Below, one piece after another: positions 1-13,644 of a stretch of DNA of 64,000 bases. The DNA is from an uncultured Chloroflexia bacterium (GTDB taxonomy: Bacteria; Chloroflexota; Anaerolineae; Anaerolineales; UBA4823). Both the position numbers and the translations under genes were made by a program. Each line of letters starts with the position of its first letter. Positions within the stretch are counted from its first letter, which is position 1. Below the pieces are notes generated by a model. It had not been told where the DNA came from and made no database searches. It saw only the letters and a program-made list of their open reading frames with translations. The stretch lies in assembly GCA_963698765.1 (NCBI GenBank), contig CAVOSB010000029.1, forward strand, positions 142,860-206,859, written 5' to 3'.

Positions 1-111
1 CCCTTTCGTCCCGCGTCCGGCTGTCTTTCCCTGGCCGGCGGAAATACCACGACCGACTCGTTTGACCGGTTTTTTGGCACCTTCATTCGGTTTCAAATCA
101 TGTAATTTCAT
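1..111 (-). CDS. rplO: 50S ribosomal protein L15 (5' part, runs off window)
   Basis: Manual translation [37 protein letters not shown]; follows rpmD. Confidence 0.95.
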   Translation of the reverse strand, partial: MKLHDLKPNEGAKKPVKRVGRGISAGQGKTAGRGTKG

Positions 112-121
112 ACTGTTTAGC

Positions 122-322
122 CTATTCTTCGATCAGCACCAGATGATTGACTTTTAACAACATCCCACGCAGCGTTGGAGTATCGAGATGTTGAACCGTC
201 TGGTTCATCCGCCGCAATCCTAATGCCCGGATGGTCGCCTTGTGCTTTACAGAATATCCAATCGGGCTCTTGATGAGCGTGATTTGGATCTTCTTGGGTT
301 CGGTTTTCTTGGATTTAGCCAT
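122..322 (-). CDS. rpmD: 50S ribosomal protein L30
   Basis: ITLIKSPIG...[14 protein letters not shown]...RGML; C-terminal 66 aa of the 122..847 ORF with its own ATG at 322. Confidence 0.93.
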   Translation of the reverse strand: MAKSKKTEPKKIQITLIKSPIGYSVKHKATIRALGLRRMNQTVQHLDTPTLRGMLLKVNHLVLIEE

Positions 323-847
323 CTTTCCTGCGCTCCCAGAAAGGTGCCAGCTCCTTCGGTGATTTTCCGCGCCAGGCCGCCTCTTCCTGGTAGATTTTAA
401 TTGGTCCAGCGCATGCATGGTGGCAAATACAACGTTTAAAATATTGCTGCTTCCCAGGGACTTGGTCAGGATATCTGAAATTCCCGCCGCTTCGAGCACA
501 GCACGCACGCCGCCGCCAGCAATCACGCCCGTTCCTGCCGATGCAGGTTTGAGCAGCACTCTTGCTCCAGAGACTTTTCCAATCACTTCATGAGGGATAG
601 TGGATTTATAAGTGGAGACTTTGTGAATTGCTTTTCGAGCGCGCTCCGAGGCTTTTCGCATCGCATCGGGAACGGCATTGGCTTTTCCAACACCTACTCC
701 CACGCTCCCCCGGTTATCACCTACCACGACAGTGACGCGGAATGAGAACCGGCGGCCGCCTTTCACAACTTTCGCGACGCGAGCAATATCAACAACCCTC
801 TCATCCAGCTCTTGTGTTGTATATTCAGAAAATTCATATTCCGACAT
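315..847 (-). CDS. rpsE: 30S ribosomal protein S5 (indel near 390)
   Basis: [22 protein letters not shown]; alternative frame gives [24 protein letters not shown] overlapping the rpmD start. Confidence 0.95.
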
Positions 848-900
848 AATCAGCTCCTCGCAGAGAATTCCAGCCTGTGCCTCCAGGCGGGTTCACCCTG

Positions 901-1267
901 CTAGAATTCCAGTCCACTTTCCCGTGCCGCGTCTGCCAGGGCTTTCACCCGTCCGATATACCGGTATCCGCCGCGGTCGAACACAACTTGCTTTATGCCT
1001 TTCGCTTTTGCGCGTTCGGCAAGAGCCTTACCTACTTCAGCAGCCTGTTCAGCCTTCTTCTTTCCGCTCATTTTCCCGCGCAAGTCATGATCCAGAGTCG
1101 AAGCCGAGGCCAGGGTGCATCCCTGAGAGTCATCGATGATCTGTGCATAAATTTCTGCCAGGCTGCGGAATACATTCAGGCGAGGTCGTTGAGATGTGCC
1201 GGTGACGTGTTTTCGCACCCGGACATGCCGGCGCTCACGTGCTGAAGAACGAGTTCTTGTTTGCCAT
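901..1267 (-). CDS. rplR: 50S ribosomal protein L18 (5' indel)
   Basis: [32 protein letters not shown]. Confidence 0.95.
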
Positions 1268-1269
1268 CA

Positions 1270-1812
1270 TTACACCTTGCCTGCTTTGCCAGCCTTTCGG
1301 CGGATTTGTTCAGTGAGATATTTAATGCCTTTGCCCTGGTATGGCTCAGGAGGCCTGACTTTGCGAATATCCGCTGCCACCTGGCCCACAATTTCTTTGT
1401 TGTAGCCCAATACCTTTATCTGGCGTGTTTTAGGTTCGACTTCAAAACTGATACCAGCCTTGGGTTGGATGACCACGGGGTGAGAATATCCCACGTAAAG
1501 CACCAGGTTCTTTTCATTCACTTCGGCGCGGTAGCCAACGCCGTTTATCTCCAGGATTTTCTCAAAACCTGAATGCACACCGACTACCATATTGTTGATC
1601 AACGCGCGCGTCATCCCATGCAAGGCGCGCTGCGTGCGCTCATCCGATTTACGTTTTACTTCGATGACGCCATCCTGGTAGGAGATCTCGATTTCAGGTG
1701 AAAAAGTTCGCTCCATTTCACCCTTCGGCCCTTTAATATGCACGTTCGAGCCATCGACCTCAACATCAACCCCATTCGGGATTACTACCGGCATCCGACC
1801 TATTCTTGACAC
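1270..1812 (-). CDS. rplF: 50S ribosomal protein L6
   Basis: MSRIGRMPV...GVGYRA...RPPEPYQGKGIKY. Confidence 0.97.
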   Translation of the reverse strand: MSRIGRMPVVIPNGVDVEVDGSNVHIKGPKGEMERTFSPEIEISYQDGVIEVKRKSDERTQRALHGMTRALINNMVVGVHSGFEKILEINGVGYRAEVNEKNLVLYVGYSHPVVIQPKAGISFEVEPKTRQIKVLGYNKEIVGQVAADIRKVRPPEPYQGKGIKYLTEQIRRKAGKAGKV

Positions 1813-1908
1813 GTTATCTTACCTCCTTGGAGTCCTGGACATACACTCGCAGATTGTGTCCGGGGATCAAATCCCCAAACAGCTCCGCCAACCATCCAGC
1901 TCCAGCCA

Positions 1909-2321
1909 TCACCAGAGCTTGCATAAGATTTCGCCGCCCACACCTAGCTGCCGGGCGCGCTGTCCAGTCATGACGCCCTTTGGTGTCGAGATAATCGCGA
2001 TCCCGATCCAGAGAGCACCCAGGGTATTTCTTTTTTACCCGTGTACACCCGCTTGCCAGGCCGGCTGATACGTTCCAATCCCGAAATGACAGGACGACGC
2101 TCTCGCCTCTCGCCAACGTACTTCAAGCGCAAGCGAAGCACTTTTGAACCCTCGATTTTGCCATCGGCGATCTCAAAATTCGTGATAAAGCCTTCTTCTT
2201 TCATAATTTTGGCTATCGCGACTTTAATTTTTGAGCTCGGAAAAGCAACGGTGTTATGCCCGGCCATCACCGCATTTCGCATGCGGGTCAACATATCGCT
2301 AATAGGATCAATCACACTCAT
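1909..2321 (-). CDS. rpsH: 30S ribosomal protein S8 (indel near 2008)
   Basis: [23 protein letters not shown]; alternative frame [31 protein letters not shown]. Confidence 0.95.
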
Positions 2322-2339
2322 TATTCCATCCTCCATTAC

Positions 2340-2522
2340 CTACCAGGAAGACTTCACCACACCAGGGATTTTCCCTTGCAGGGATAATTCCCGGAAGCAG
2401 ATCCGGCATAATGCGAACCTGCGTATGTAGCCGCGCGGTCGACCGCAGATTTTGCAGCGGTTGCGCACTCGAGTCTCATACTTGCGCCGCTCTTCTCTGA
2501 TCGGCATACATTTCTTGGCCAT
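2340..2522 (-). CDS. rpsN: 30S ribosomal protein S14, zinc-binding (type Z)
   Basis: [11 protein letters not shown]...LCRICFRE...PGVVKSSW. Confidence 0.96.
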   Translation of the reverse strand: MAKKCMPIREERRKYETRVRNRCKICGRPRGYIRRFALCRICFRELSLQGKIPGVVKSSW

Positions 2523-2525
2523 TGA

Positions 2526-3075
2526 TTACCCTTCCTTCCTGAACGGCATACCAAGCATCTGCAATAACTGGCGTCCGTGATCATCATTTCTCGCAGTTGT
2601 CACGATGGCGATTTCCATTCCTCGAAGCTTGTCGATTTTGTCATACTCGATTTCAGGGAATACCAGCTGTTCTCTCAATCCCAATGTATAATTTCCTCGC
2701 CCATCAAAGGAATTCGGGGAAATCCCACGGAAATCACGCACGCGCGGTAGTGCTACATTCATCAACCGGTCCAGGAATGACCACATCCTCTCACCACGTA
2801 AGGTAACTTTGACACCGATCGATCTACCTTCACGCAGCTTGAAGTTTGCGATGCTCACGCGCGCTTTTGTGACTACCGGTTTTTGCCCTGTGATCTGGGT
2901 TACATCGGAAACTGCTGCGTCCAGGGCTTTCGGATTGTCGAGGGCTTCTCCCAGGCCGATATTGACCACTACCTTTTCGACTCGCGGAACCTGCATGACA
3001 TTCTCCAGGTTCAGCGATTTCATCAATGCCGGCACAACCTCTTTTTGATAGCGTTCTTTTAAGTATCTGGCTCAT
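2526..3075 (-). CDS. rplE: 50S ribosomal protein L5 (5' indel)
   Basis: [28 protein letters not shown]. Confidence 0.96.
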
Positions 3076-3098
3076 CTCTATACTCCTGATTTGCCCTG

Positions 3099-3431
3099 TT
3101 AATCGAACTCGGAATTGCATTGCTTGCAGGCACGTTTCACACCATCTTCAGATCGATGGAAGTTCACACGTGTGGTTTTGCTGCAAGTAGGGCAGACCAG
3201 CATGACATTCGAAATTGAGATCGGTGCTTCAAATTCAATGATCCCCGGACTGATCGACCGGCGTCCTTGAGTTTCGACCTGTTTCTGGTGCTTCTTGCGC
3301 AGGTTTACTCCCTGAACGACCAGGCGCTCATCATCCGGGATGACGCGAATCACCAACCCGCGTTTTCCTTTATCTACCAGGCGGCCGCTGATTATCTCGA
3401 CCGTATCACCTTTGCGAATTTTTACTCTCAC
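3099..3431 (-). CDS. rplX: 50S ribosomal protein L24
   Basis: KIRKGDTVEIISG..DKGKRG (KOW), EAPISISNV. Confidence 0.96.
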   Translation of the reverse strand: MRVKIRKGDTVEIISGRLVDKGKRGLVIRVIPDDERLVVQGVNLRKKHQKQVETQGRRSISPGIIEFEAPISISNVMLVCPTCSKTTRVNFHRSEDGVKRACKQCNSEFD

Positions 3432-3465
3432 TGCACTACTCCCGTTCTTCTCCTGGTTCCACTAT

Positions 3466-3837
3466 CTAAAGTACTTCTGGAGCCAGAGAAACGATTTTCA
3501 TAAAACCCTTCTCACGTAACTCGCGTGCTACCGGGCCAAATATACGCGTGCCTTTTCGATTCTTCCCATCGGTATCCAAAATCACCGCGGCATTATCGTC
3601 GAAACGAATGGTAGAACCATCTTCCCGCCGCCATTCTTTAGCGCAACGGACGATCACCGCCCGGACAACTTCACTCTTTTTTACAGCACCCTGAGGAGAA
3701 GCCAGCTTGACGGTGGCGACAACCACATCACCAATGCGACCATATCGCCGGGACGAGCCGCCCATAATATGGATCACCAGCAACTCACGAGCGCCAGTAT
3801 TATCCGCAACTTTTAAGCGCGATTCGTGCTGGATCAT
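3466..3837 (-). CDS. rplN: 50S ribosomal protein L14
   Basis: [33 protein letters not shown]. Confidence 0.98.
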   Translation of the reverse strand: MIQHESRLKVADNTGARELLVIHIMGGSSRRYGRIGDVVVATVKLASPQGAVKKSEVVRAVIVRCAKEWRREDGSTIRFDDNAAVILDTDGKNRKGTRIFGPVARELREKGFMKIVSLAPEVL

Positions 3838-3839
3838 TT

Positions 3840-4124
3840 CTATACCTCCAAACTAAGGCTTTCCTCAGCCTCTGCCGCAGCGATATCGTGGCGCAGGATT
3901 TGTTCCACCACCCATCTTTTATGGCGTGACAGTGGGCGGCTTTCCACAATCGAAACATGATCACCAACCTGGCAGCCCAGCTCATCGTGAGCCATTACTC
4001 TCCTGCGCGTATGGATAACTTTCTTATACAATCGATGCCTGTAGGTTCGGCTGATCTGCACCACAACCGTCTTATCCATTTTGTCGCTGGTCACTACGCC
4101 AGTCATACGGCGTCTTGTATTCAT
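3840..4124 (-). CDS. rpsQ: 30S ribosomal protein S17
   Basis: [25 protein letters not shown]. Confidence 0.97.
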   Translation of the reverse strand: MNTRRRMTGVVTSDKMDKTVVVQISRTYRHRLYKKVIHTRRRVMAHDELGCQVGDHVSIVESRPLSRHKRWVVEQILRHDIAAAEAEESLSLEV

Positions 4125-4336
4125 CTTGCACCTTCCGATTCAATTTCGCGCTCACGAAGTAACGTTTCCAGGCGGGCGATTTGACGGCGAGTGATTCCAA
4201 GGCGAGAGTGATCGGTTAACTCACCCGTGGCTTGTTGAAATCGTAAATTCATCAATTCTTCCTGTGCGTCATTCAGCCGCCCGGTCAGTTCATTGGTCGA
4301 CAATTCACGCAATTTCTTATTTTTCTCGGACATCAT
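4121..4336 (-). CDS. rpmC: 50S ribosomal protein L29
   Basis: [14 protein letters not shown]...[13 protein letters not shown]. Confidence 0.96.
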   Translation of the reverse strand: MMSEKNKKLRELSTNELTGRLNDAQEELMNLRFQQATGELTDHSRLGITRRQIARLETLLREREIESEGAR

Positions 4337-4761
4337 TCAGCTCCTGCTTGGTCCTGGCGCTGGACGATTTTAGTCCTGATGGAGAGTTTATATTGGGCCA
4401 GATTGAGCGCTTCCTTAGCTATCTCATCGGGGATACCGCCGCCTATCTCGAACATGATCCTCCCTGGACGAACGACCGCAACCCAGTACTCAACGTTGCC
4501 TTTTCCTTTACCCATGCGGGTTTCGGCAGGCTTACGAGTGACCGGTTTATCGGGAAAAATTCGAATCCAGAATTTTCCGCGCCGTTTCATCGCCCGGACG
4601 ATCGCCCGGCGGGCGGCTTCAATCTGGCGGGCAGACACCCAACCAGGTTCCATCGCTTTTAAGCCGAAATCACCGAATACTACTTCCGCACCTCGGTAAG
4701 CTTTGCCTCTCATCCGGCCGCGCATTTGCTTGCGCCACTTTACACGCTTTGGCATCAACAT
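4333..4761 (-). CDS. rplP: 50S ribosomal protein L16
   Basis: [27 protein letters not shown]. Confidence 0.98.
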   Translation of the reverse strand: MLMPKRVKWRKQMRGRMRGKAYRGAEVVFGDFGLKAMEPGWVSARQIEAARRAIVRAMKRRGKFWIRIFPDKPVTRKPAETRMGKGKGNVEYWVAVVRPGRIMFEIGGGIPDEIAKEALNLAQYKLSIRTKIVQRQDQAGAE

Positions 4762-4855
4762 AATAATTACCTTTCTTTAGTGCTCCGCCATGCAAGATCG
4801 TTGGGACTGGATTGTCTCTTAACTGACCGCCCACCACCAATCTCTGGTCAACTAA

Positions 4856-5534
4856 TCACTCACTGACGTAAACACCCTCCGTCAGATTCAAGCCTTTCTT
4901 CGACCTCAGGAAGCACTTCACCGCGATAGATCCACACTTTGACTCCGATGCGCCCGTAAGTCGTCAGGGCTTCGGCTTTCGAATAATCAATATCAGCCCT
5001 GAGTGTCTGGCGTGGCACTTGGCCTTCGCGCATATTGATGGTGCGCGCCATTTCGGCGCCGCTTAACCGTCCGGAAACCTCGACCCGGATACCCAGGCCT
5101 CCCTCACGCATCGCTTGCTGGATCGATCGCTTCATCGCTCGCTGGTAGCTGATCCGCCGTTCAAGCTGGTCGGCAATATTCAGTGCAACCAGATATGCAT
5201 CCAGATCAGGTTCTTTGATCTCCTTGATTTCAAGATCGATCTTTTTCCCGACTTCGGCTTCCAATATCCCGCGGATTTTTTTGACGTTTTCGCCTTTTCG
5301 GCCGATTAGAATGCCGGGTTTGGCCGTGTTCACGATTACCTTGACCTTGCCGGGAAATCGTTCTACATCTACCCGCGAGACACCCGCCTTAGGCGCTTCG
5401 CCGCGCACCAGTTCGCGTAATCGAAAGTCCTGGTGCAGGTTGTGAACGTAATCCAAACCTTCGGCATACCACCGACCTTCCCAGGTCTTATTTATCCCCA
5501 GGCGAAAACCAATTGGATTTATTTTTCGACCCAT
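4856..5534 (-). CDS. rpsC: 30S ribosomal protein S3 (probable 3' indel)
   Basis: MGRKINPIGFRLG, SGRLSGAEMAR, TLRADIDY, GVKVWIY. Confidence 0.97.
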
Positions 5535-5548
5535 AATATCTCCTCGAC

Positions 5549-5893
5549 TCAGCCTTCTCGCTCGCGCAGGATCACTGTTATATGCGAAGAACGGCGCAGC
5601 CAGGGTTTAAACCGGCCGCGTGCGCCGAACCTGCGCCATTTCCGTGTAGGAGCTTCATCCGCAAAAACACGGTGGATATACATGTCATCGCGGCTGACGC
5701 CAAAATTCTCTTCTCCGTTGGCCATCGCCGAAGCAAGCACCTTGGCAATCGGCCTGGCTGCCCGGTTTTGAACGAAATTCAACACGTTCATCGCCTCGAC
5801 TGCGTCTTTGCCGCGCACGAGATCCGCAACAAGGCGTACCTTCTGGGCCGAAATGGAGATAAAACGGGCGTGGGCAAAAATATCCGTAGCCAT
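5549..5893 (-). CDS. rplV: 50S ribosomal protein L22
   Basis: SAQKVRLVADLVRG, RRSSHITVIL. Confidence 0.97.
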   Translation of the reverse strand: MATDIFAHARFISISAQKVRLVADLVRGKDAVEAMNVLNFVQNRAARPIAKVLASAMANGEENFGVSRDDMYIHRVFADEAPTRKWRRFGARGRFKPWLRRSSHITVILREREG

Positions 5894-5900
5894 GAGTTAA

Positions 5901-6173
5901 TTACCTCGCCCTTTTCTCAGCAACATGGCCACGAAATGTGCGGGTAGGGGCAAACTCACCTAATTTATGCCCGACCATATTCTCCGTGATGTAAATCGGT
6001 ACGTGGCGCCGGCCGTCGTGTACTGCAATCGTGTGGCCTACCATTTGGGGGAATATGGTGCTGTCACAACTCCAGGTGCGAATCACCTTTTTGTCGCCTT
6101 TGTCATTCATGGCAATGATTTTATTCATCAATTTTGGGTCGACAAACGGCCCTTTTTTCAGCGATCTTCCCAT
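5901..6173 (-). CDS. rpsS: 30S ribosomal protein S19
   Basis: [25 protein letters not shown]. Confidence 0.97.
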   Translation of the reverse strand: MGRSLKKGPFVDPKLMNKIIAMNDKGDKKVIRTWSCDSTIFPQMVGHTIAVHDGRRHVPIYITENMVGHKLGEFAPTRTFRGHVAEKRAR

Positions 6174-6265
6174 AAGTCTTACTCTCCATTCTCTCTCAGC
6201 TCCCTCTGCACTCCACCAGGCCATAATTCCCGGCTAGTCATAGGAAGCTGAACACTGAAAGTGGA

Positions 6266-7105
6266 CTAGCGGCGTTTCTTTCCTCGCCGGCGAACGATAT
6301 ATTGATCGGTTCTTTTATTCCGGCGGGTCTTGTATCCCAGGGTAGGCTTACCCCAGGGGCTCTTTGGGCTGGGCATACCTATCGGCTGGCGCCCCTCACC
6401 ACCCCCATGTGGGTGGTCTCGTGGCGACATCGCCGTACCACGCACTGTGGGTCGGATGCCGAGATGTCTCTTACGTCCAGCCTTGCCAAGCTTCACATTG
6501 CTGTGATCGAGATTGCCAACCTGTCCTATCGTGGCATAACACTCCTGGCGTACAAGCCGCACTTCACCCGAAGGTAAGCGAATTTGAGCAAATTCGCCTT
6601 CCTTAGCCAGCAGTTGCGCCGCACTGCCCGCTGAACGAACCAGTTGGCCGCCCCTCCCGGGTTTCAACTCAATGTTATGCATCATCGTCCCCACCGGGAT
6701 ATTAGCGATCGGCAAGCTGTTTCCAGCGCGGACTTCTGCTTCCGGTCCAGCAAGAAGGACATCCCCCACATGCACGTCGATCGGAGCGACGATATAGCGC
6801 TTTTCACCATCCGCGTAAAACAACAAAGCCAGCCGTGCGGTCCGGTTAGGATCGTATTCAATCGCTGCAACCCGGGCGGGTATTCCACGTTTATCTCGAT
6901 TGAAATCTACCAGGCGGATCTGCTGGCGGTTACCACCGCCTCGATGCCGAACAGTAACACGCCCGTAGACGTTTCGCCCCCCGCTTTTTCGAAGCGGGAT
7001 GATCAGCGACTTTTCAGGGTGATCTTTCGTGATTTCTTCGAATGTGTAACCCGTCATGTTTCTTTGACCAGGGGTTACAGGTTTATACTTTTTTACACCC
7101 ATCAC
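6266..7105 (-). CDS. rplB: 50S ribosomal protein L2
   Basis: [27 protein letters not shown]. Confidence 0.98.
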   Translation of the reverse strand: MMGVKKYKPVTPGQRNMTGYTFEEITKDHPEKSLIIPLRKSGGRNVYGRVTVRHRGGGNRQQIRLVDFNRDKRGIPARVAAIEYDPNRTARLALLFYADGEKRYIVAPIDVHVGDVLLAGPEAEVRAGNSLPIANIPVGTMMHNIELKPGRGGQLVRSAGSAAQLLAKEGEFAQIRLPSGEVRLVRQECYATIGQVGNLDHSNVKLGKAGRKRHLGIRPTVRGTAMSPRDHPHGGGEGRQPIGMPSPKSPWGKPTLGYKTRRNKRTDQYIVRRRGKKRR

Positions 7106-7404
7106 TTCACTCCTTCAAATACACCGATCGTATCACCTGGAGCCAGTGTCACAATCGCTTTCTTATAAGCCGTACGGCGCACAGTCTGCCGCCGGCTGCG
7201 TTGGTTCTTTTTCTGTTTCATCGGCATGCTGATGATATTTACCCGGATCACGTTCACATCGAATGCGTCTTCAACTGCTTCCTTGACGATGCTTTTCGTC
7301 GCCTCATTGGCAACTTCGAACGCGTATTGATGTAATTTTCCGTTGAGATAATTCGATTTTTCAGTAATGATCGGGCGGCGAAGTACTTCATGTATGTTAG
7401 TCAT
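7102..7404 (-). CDS. rplW: 50S ribosomal protein L23
   Basis: [16 protein letters not shown]. Confidence 0.96.
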   Translation of the reverse strand: MTNIHEVLRRPIITEKSNYLNGKLHQYAFEVANEATKSIVKEAVEDAFDVNVIRVNIISMPMKQKKNQRSRRQTVRRTAYKKAIVTLAPGDTIGVFEGVK

Positions 7405-7416
7405 TGCGCCCTCCAA

Positions 7417-8046
7417 TTATTTAAGCACCGACACCAGTAAATCCAACGCCGGTAGTGGCAGGATCAGCCGGTCAAATGTCATCAGGTCGCGTATGTTGAT
7501 ATAGCTGGCCAACAGGGCTTTCGCGTCCGGAAGATTGCGTGTGGAAAGGTATACTTTCTGCGTTTCATCATTCTTTTCATGATATAAGATCAACGCACTG
7601 GCATCCCCGACCAGCCTGTCCAATGCCTGTACCATAAGCTGGGTCTTGATTTCCGGCAGGGCCAGGACATCCAGGATCACGATTTCCTTTTCGGCTGCCT
7701 TAACCGAGAGTGCAGAACGAAGTGCGGCTCTGCGCATTTTTCGCGGCATATCCAACGAGTGATCGCGCGGCTTGGGAGTAAAGATTTTACCGCCACCCAC
7801 CCATTGAGCCGCACGGATCGACCCCTGCCGGGCGCGTCCAGTCCCCTTCTGACGCCAGGGTTTTCGTCCACCACCCGACACATCCTTCCGGCCTTTGGTG
7901 CTGTGCGTTCCCAGGCGTGCATTTGCCATCTGTCGGACGAACGCCTGGTGCATCAAATCAGTATTAACAGGGGCTTCAAAGATCTCGGCTGGCAATTCAA
8001 CCTTGCTGACCTTCTGGCCTTCCATGTTCAAGACATCTACTTCCAT
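7417..8046 (-). CDS. rplD: 50S ribosomal protein L4
   Basis: GGGRKPWRQKGTGRARQGSIR. Confidence 0.97.
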   Translation of the reverse strand: MEVDVLNMEGQKVSKVELPAEIFEAPVNTDLMHQAFVRQMANARLGTHSTKGRKDVSGGGRKPWRQKGTGRARQGSIRAAQWVGGGKIFTPKPRDHSLDMPRKMRRAALRSALSVKAAEKEIVILDVLALPEIKTQLMVQALDRLVGDASALILYHEKNDETQKVYLSTRNLPDAKALLASYINIRDLMTFDRLILPLPALDLLVSVLK

Positions 8047-8080
8047 TTTTCTAAACTCCTATATCGGATCGCCGCGCGGC

Positions 8081-8709
8081 TTACTGCTTTCGGGCACCCT
8101 TGATCTGGACGATTCCGCCGCGCGATCCAGGCACAGCGCCGCGTATACCCAGCAAGTTTCGTTCTGGATCGACCAGGACGATTTTGAAATTCGCAACTGT
8201 CACACGATCATTACCCATGTGACCCGGTCCACGTGCACCCTTATAGGTCCTGCCCGGGGTTGTACCCGAACCCGCGAACCAGGCGCACGTTGGCGATCCG
8301 ATTGGCCATGGGTTTTTGGGCCGCCGCGGAAGTGGTAGCGCTTTACAGCTCCTGCGAAACCCTTCCCCTTACTGGTCCCAATCACATCCACAGCATCTCC
8401 GACTGAAAAGACGGTCACGGTTACTGCGTCCCCTTCATTCAACTCGGTATTCTTCTCTCGAAATTCACGTAAAAAGCGCAAAGGAGGTAAATCATTGCGC
8501 TTAAGATGCCCGAGTTGGCCACCAGAAAGCCTTTTCTGCTTGACTTCACCAAAACCCAGCTGCACCGCCGAATAACCATCTCGATCAGGCAGCCGCACCT
8601 GCGTCACATAACATGGCCCAGCTTCAACGAGTGTAACTGGGATTACTGCCCCATTCTCATCGAAAATCTGGGTCATACCGACTTTCTTGCCAATCAGCCC
8701 TTTCAACAT
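8081..8709 (-). CDS. rplC: 50S ribosomal protein L3 (indel near 8270)
   Basis: [39 protein letters not shown]; C-terminus continues in another frame to ...GARKQ*. Confidence 0.95.
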
Positions 8710-8907
8710 CTCATTTGTCTCCTAACATTTCGATTTTCTGGGGACTGTCAGTCTGGGCCAGACTGCATCATCCCTGTCACAGCGCAGTCAAGCAATCGTC
8801 CGAGGAACTGTGGTTTTGAGCTCCACGGTGCCGATTGTTCTTACGCTGCCTAAATTCGTTCTTTTATTTCAAGAGAAGGTCAATGCCAGAAAAATTTCCA
8901 GATCAGC

Positions 8908-9217
8908 CTAAATCTTGATTTCAATATCCACTCCAGCAGGCAGATTGAGGCGCATCAACATGTCGATCGTTTTTAAAATCAGGATCCAAAACATCGATCA
9001 GACGATTATGTGTGCGGATTTCAAAATGCTCGTGTAAATCCTTGTCTATAAAAGTCGAGCGGCGTATTGTAAACCGTTCTATCCGTGTTGGCAAGGGTAC
9101 AGGACCAACAACCCGTGCACCGGTTCGTTCAGCGGTTTCGACAATGCGTTTCGCCGACTGGTCGAGGACCCGGTGATCATAGGCTTTCAAGCGGATGCGG
9201 ATTTTTTGCTTTGCCAT
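8908..9217 (-). CDS. rpsJ: 30S ribosomal protein S10 (indel near 8973)
   Basis: [19 protein letters not shown]; alternative frame ends [11 protein letters not shown]. Confidence 0.96.
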
Positions 9218-9226
9218 AAAATAATC

Positions 9227-10430
<1,204 letters not shown>

Positions 10431-10501
10431 AAGTGCTACTCCTTTTTATTGAAAACAAATCCATTTAATCGGCAAATGAAGTTCTTTTTGTCCTATGAAG
10501 G

Positions 10502-12577
10502 TCACACGCCTTCGATAATTGCCCTCGATACACTTTCGGATACACGTGCGTAGCGCTCAAACTCCATCGTAAAAATCCCGCGCCCTTGTGTTGCCGATCG
10601 CAAATCCGTGGCATACCCGAACATTTCAGCCAGGGGAACTTTGGCATGCACTGCCTGTGCGTTTCCCAGCCGGATTTCCATTCCCAGGATCTCTCCTCGG
10701 CGTGAGTTCAACTGCCCGATGATCTCACCCAGGAACTCTTCCGGTACCAGCACCTCAACTCGCATGATCGGCTCTTGCAGTATCGGTCCGGCTTTTTGAA
10801 CGCCTTCCTTAAAGGCCAGCGAGCCGGCCATTTTAAAGGCCATTTCATTCGAGTCAACTTCATGGAAGGAGCCATCGTAAAGGCGCACTCTAATATCGGT
10901 GGCCGGATAACCGGCCAGGATACCCCCCGCCGCAGCTTCACGCACACCCTTCTCTACAGCCGGAATGTATTCTCGTGGGATCACACCACCTACAATTCCA
11001 TTCTCAAAAATAATGCCGCTGGTGGGTTCACCAGGCATGATCTCCAGCACAACATGTCCGTATTGCCCGCGTCCACCGGTTTGCTTGATATAGCGGTATT
11101 CTGCTTTCTCAACGGGGATCGTGATTGATTCTCTATAGGCAACTTGTGGTCTGCCAACGCGCGCCTGAACACGAAATTCTCGCAACATGCGGTCAACCAG
11201 GACTTCTAGATGCAGCTCTCCCATACCCGATATCAGAATTTGCCCGGTCTCTTCCTCATTCCGGATGATAAAGGTTGGATCCTCTTCCGATAGTTTTCTC
11301 AAAGCTTCCGAAAGTTTATCCTGGTCAGCTGCCGTCTTGGGTTCGATCGCCACCGAAATCACAGGCTCAGGGAAAGTGATGCTCTCAAGGAGGATGGGGT
11401 TTCCCTGGTCGGAAAGAGTATCTCCGGTGAAGGTTTCCTTCATCCCTAGGATAGCGCCGATGTCTCCCGCCAGGATTTCACTCAAATCCTCTCGGCGGTC
11501 AGCATACATGCGCAATAGGCGTCCAATTCGTTCCTTGCGATCTTTGGTTGAATTCAAGACCATCGAACCCTGGGTCAGTTTACCGGAGTATACGCGTACG
11601 TATGCCAGGCGCCCGACATAGGGATCGGTGACAATCTTGAAGACTAAAGCGCTCATTGGCTCAGAATCTTCCGGCTTGCGTTCTATTTCTTCTTCGGTCC
11701 TGGGATGCGTACCAATCACCGGGGGGATATCGATTGGCGAAGGCAGGAAATCGATCACGCTATCAAGCAGAAGCTGCACACCTCTGTTACGCAGTGAGCT
11801 GCCGCAGAAGACGGGAGTCGCTTCTCCCGCCAGAACTGCTTTTCGCAAACCTGCTTTTAACTCCTGGACGGAGATTTCCTTCCCCTCCAGATATTTAATT
11901 GTAAGGTCATCATCGGTCTCGGCGATTAATTCAATCATCCGCAAGCGAGCACTATCGAATTGGGATTGCATATCCACTGGTATGGCTGCTTCCCGTGGCT
12001 CTTTACCGAGATCGTCCTCCCAGATTACTGCAGTCGAATTAATCAGGTCCAGGACCCCTCGGAATGCGGCTTCTTCTCCAATCGGTATCTGGACCGCTAT
12101 TGGTTTGGCGCCCAGTCGTTCTTGGATAGATGTAATCGTCCGTTCATAAGAGGCACCTATCCGGTCCATTTTATTTACAAAACAAATTCTGGGAACTTGA
12201 TAACGATCCGCCTGCCTCCAGACAGTCTCGCTTTGGGGCTCGACACCCTGAACAGCATCGAAGATGACAATCCCACCATCCAGTACCCGCAGTGACCGCT
12301 GCACTTCCGCTGTAAAATCGATATGCCCTGGCGTATCGATGATATTGATCTGGTAGCCTTTCCATTCTGCCGAGACAGCCGCAGAAACGATCGTTATTCC
12401 ACGCTCGCGTTCCTGATCCATCCAGTCCGTCACCGTGGTCCCATCATCGACGGAACCAATCCGGTGAGTTTTGCCGGTATAGAACAGGATGCGTTCGGTG
12501 GTCGTGGTTTTACCCGCGTCAATATGGGCAATAATGCCGATATTTCGATACCGATCTAGGGGATAAACACGGGCCAT
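10502..12577 (-). CDS. fusA: Elongation factor G
   Basis: [42 protein letters not shown]. Confidence 0.98.
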   Translation of the reverse strand: MARVYPLDRYRNIGIIAHIDAGKTTTTERILFYTGKTHRIGSVDDGTTVTDWMDQERERGITIVSAAVSAEWKGYQINIIDTPGHIDFTAEVQRSLRVLDGGIVIFDAVQGVEPQSETVWRQADRYQVPRICFVNKMDRIGASYERTITSIQERLGAKPIAVQIPIGEEAAFRGVLDLINSTAVIWEDDLGKEPREAAIPVDMQSQFDSARLRMIELIAETDDDLTIKYLEGKEISVQELKAGLRKAVLAGEATPVFCGSSLRNRGVQLLLDSVIDFLPSPIDIPPVIGTHPRTEEEIERKPEDSEPMSALVFKIVTDPYVGRLAYVRVYSGKLTQGSMVLNSTKDRKERIGRLLRMYADRREDLSEILAGDIGAILGMKETFTGDTLSDQGNPILLESITFPEPVISVAIEPKTAADQDKLSEALRKLSEEDPTFIIRNEEETGQILISGMGELHLEVLVDRMLREFRVQARVGRPQVAYRESITIPVEKAEYRYIKQTGGRGQYGHVVLEIMPGEPTSGIIFENGIVGGVIPREYIPAVEKGVREAAAGGILAGYPATDIRVRLYDGSFHEVDSNEMAFKMAGSLAFKEGVQKAGPILQEPIMRVEVLVPEEFLGEIIGQLNSRRGEILGMEIRLGNAQAVHAKVPLAEMFGYATDLRSATQGRGIFTMEFERYARVSESVSRAIIEGV

Positions 12578-12674
12578 TTAATCAATCCATCCAGGAGCAA
12601 AATTACGCACGTTACTTTTTCTAAAATCCTTTTGACGTTAGAATCATGCAATTCATTAACCGATTATCGAATCA

Positions 12675-13143
12675 TTACACCCGATAATGCGAAAAAGCAC
12701 GATTAGCTTCCGCCATTTTATGCGTCTCTTCACGCTTGCGGATTGAAGTGCCAGTGTTATTCGCTGCATCCATGAGCTCGGCTGCCAGTCGATCTGAAAA
12801 GTTCCTGCCCGCGCGTGATCTGGCGGCAGTCAGGATCCATTTCGAAGCTAAGGCAAAACGGCGAAAAGGCGGCACTTCCATCGGGATCTGGTAAGTAGCC
12901 CCGCCCACCCGGCGAGGTTTCACTTCCATAACCGGTGCAACATTTTTGATCGCCTGTTCGAATACTTCCAGCCCATTTCGCTTGCTGCGCTGTTCGATGA
13001 GATCAAACGAATCATAAACTAGCCGGGTTGCCAGACTCATTTTTCCGTTGCGTAAAACGTAGTTAATAAAATTCTGGACCTGCACGCTGTTATAGCGTAC
13101 ATCCGGAGTAATTTCTTGCTTTTCGGGTTTTTCTTCGACGCAT
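12675..13143 (-). CDS. rpsG: 30S ribosomal protein S7 (5' indel)
   Basis: RRVGGATYQIP, HKMAEANRAFSHY. Confidence 0.97.
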
Positions 13144-13157
13144 TGCCGCCTCTCTAT

Positions 13158-13580
13158 CTACTTCGCTTTCGGACGTTTGGAACCGTATTTTGACCGGCTT
13201 TGTTTCCGGCTATTAACACCCCCGGTATCTAAAGTGCCGCGCACGATATGGTAGCGCACACCAGGGAGGTCTTTCACACGGCCGCCGCGCACCAGGACAA
13301 CGGAGTGCTCCTGGAGAGTGTGGCCTTCTCCCGGAATATAAGCAGTCACCTCTATCCCATTGGTCAGCCGCACACGGGCAATCTTACGCAGCGCCGAGTT
13401 CGGTTTTTTCGGCGTCATTGTGCGTACGATTGTACAAACGCCGCGTTTTTGTGGTGCACCTTTCTCCTGGCGTACCCGCCGCTGATTTATCATATTGAGG
13501 GTATAAAGCAGTGCAGGTGCTTTGCTCTTTACCTTTTTTGTCTTCCGGCCTTTGCGGACGAGTTGATTAATAGTTGGCAC
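13158..13580 (-). CDS. rpsL: 30S ribosomal protein S12
   Basis: [28 protein letters not shown]. Confidence 0.98.
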   Translation of the reverse strand: MPTINQLVRKGRKTKKVKSKAPALLYTLNMINQRRVRQEKGAPQKRGVCTIVRTMTPKKPNSALRKIARVRLTNGIEVTAYIPGEGHTLQEHSVVLVRGGRVKDLPGVRYHIVRGTLDTGGVNSRKQSRSKYGSKRPKAK

Positions 13581-13644
13581 AACAGCCTCCGAAAAAATAT
13601 TCGAATATTGAACGCGGCACTACTTTTCCGCACATTTTCATAAA

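Noticed and set aside
122-847. Apparent S5-L30 fusion protein
   Set aside because: One missing base near 390; the other frame gives a natural S5 tail and stop at 315 overlapping the L30 start.
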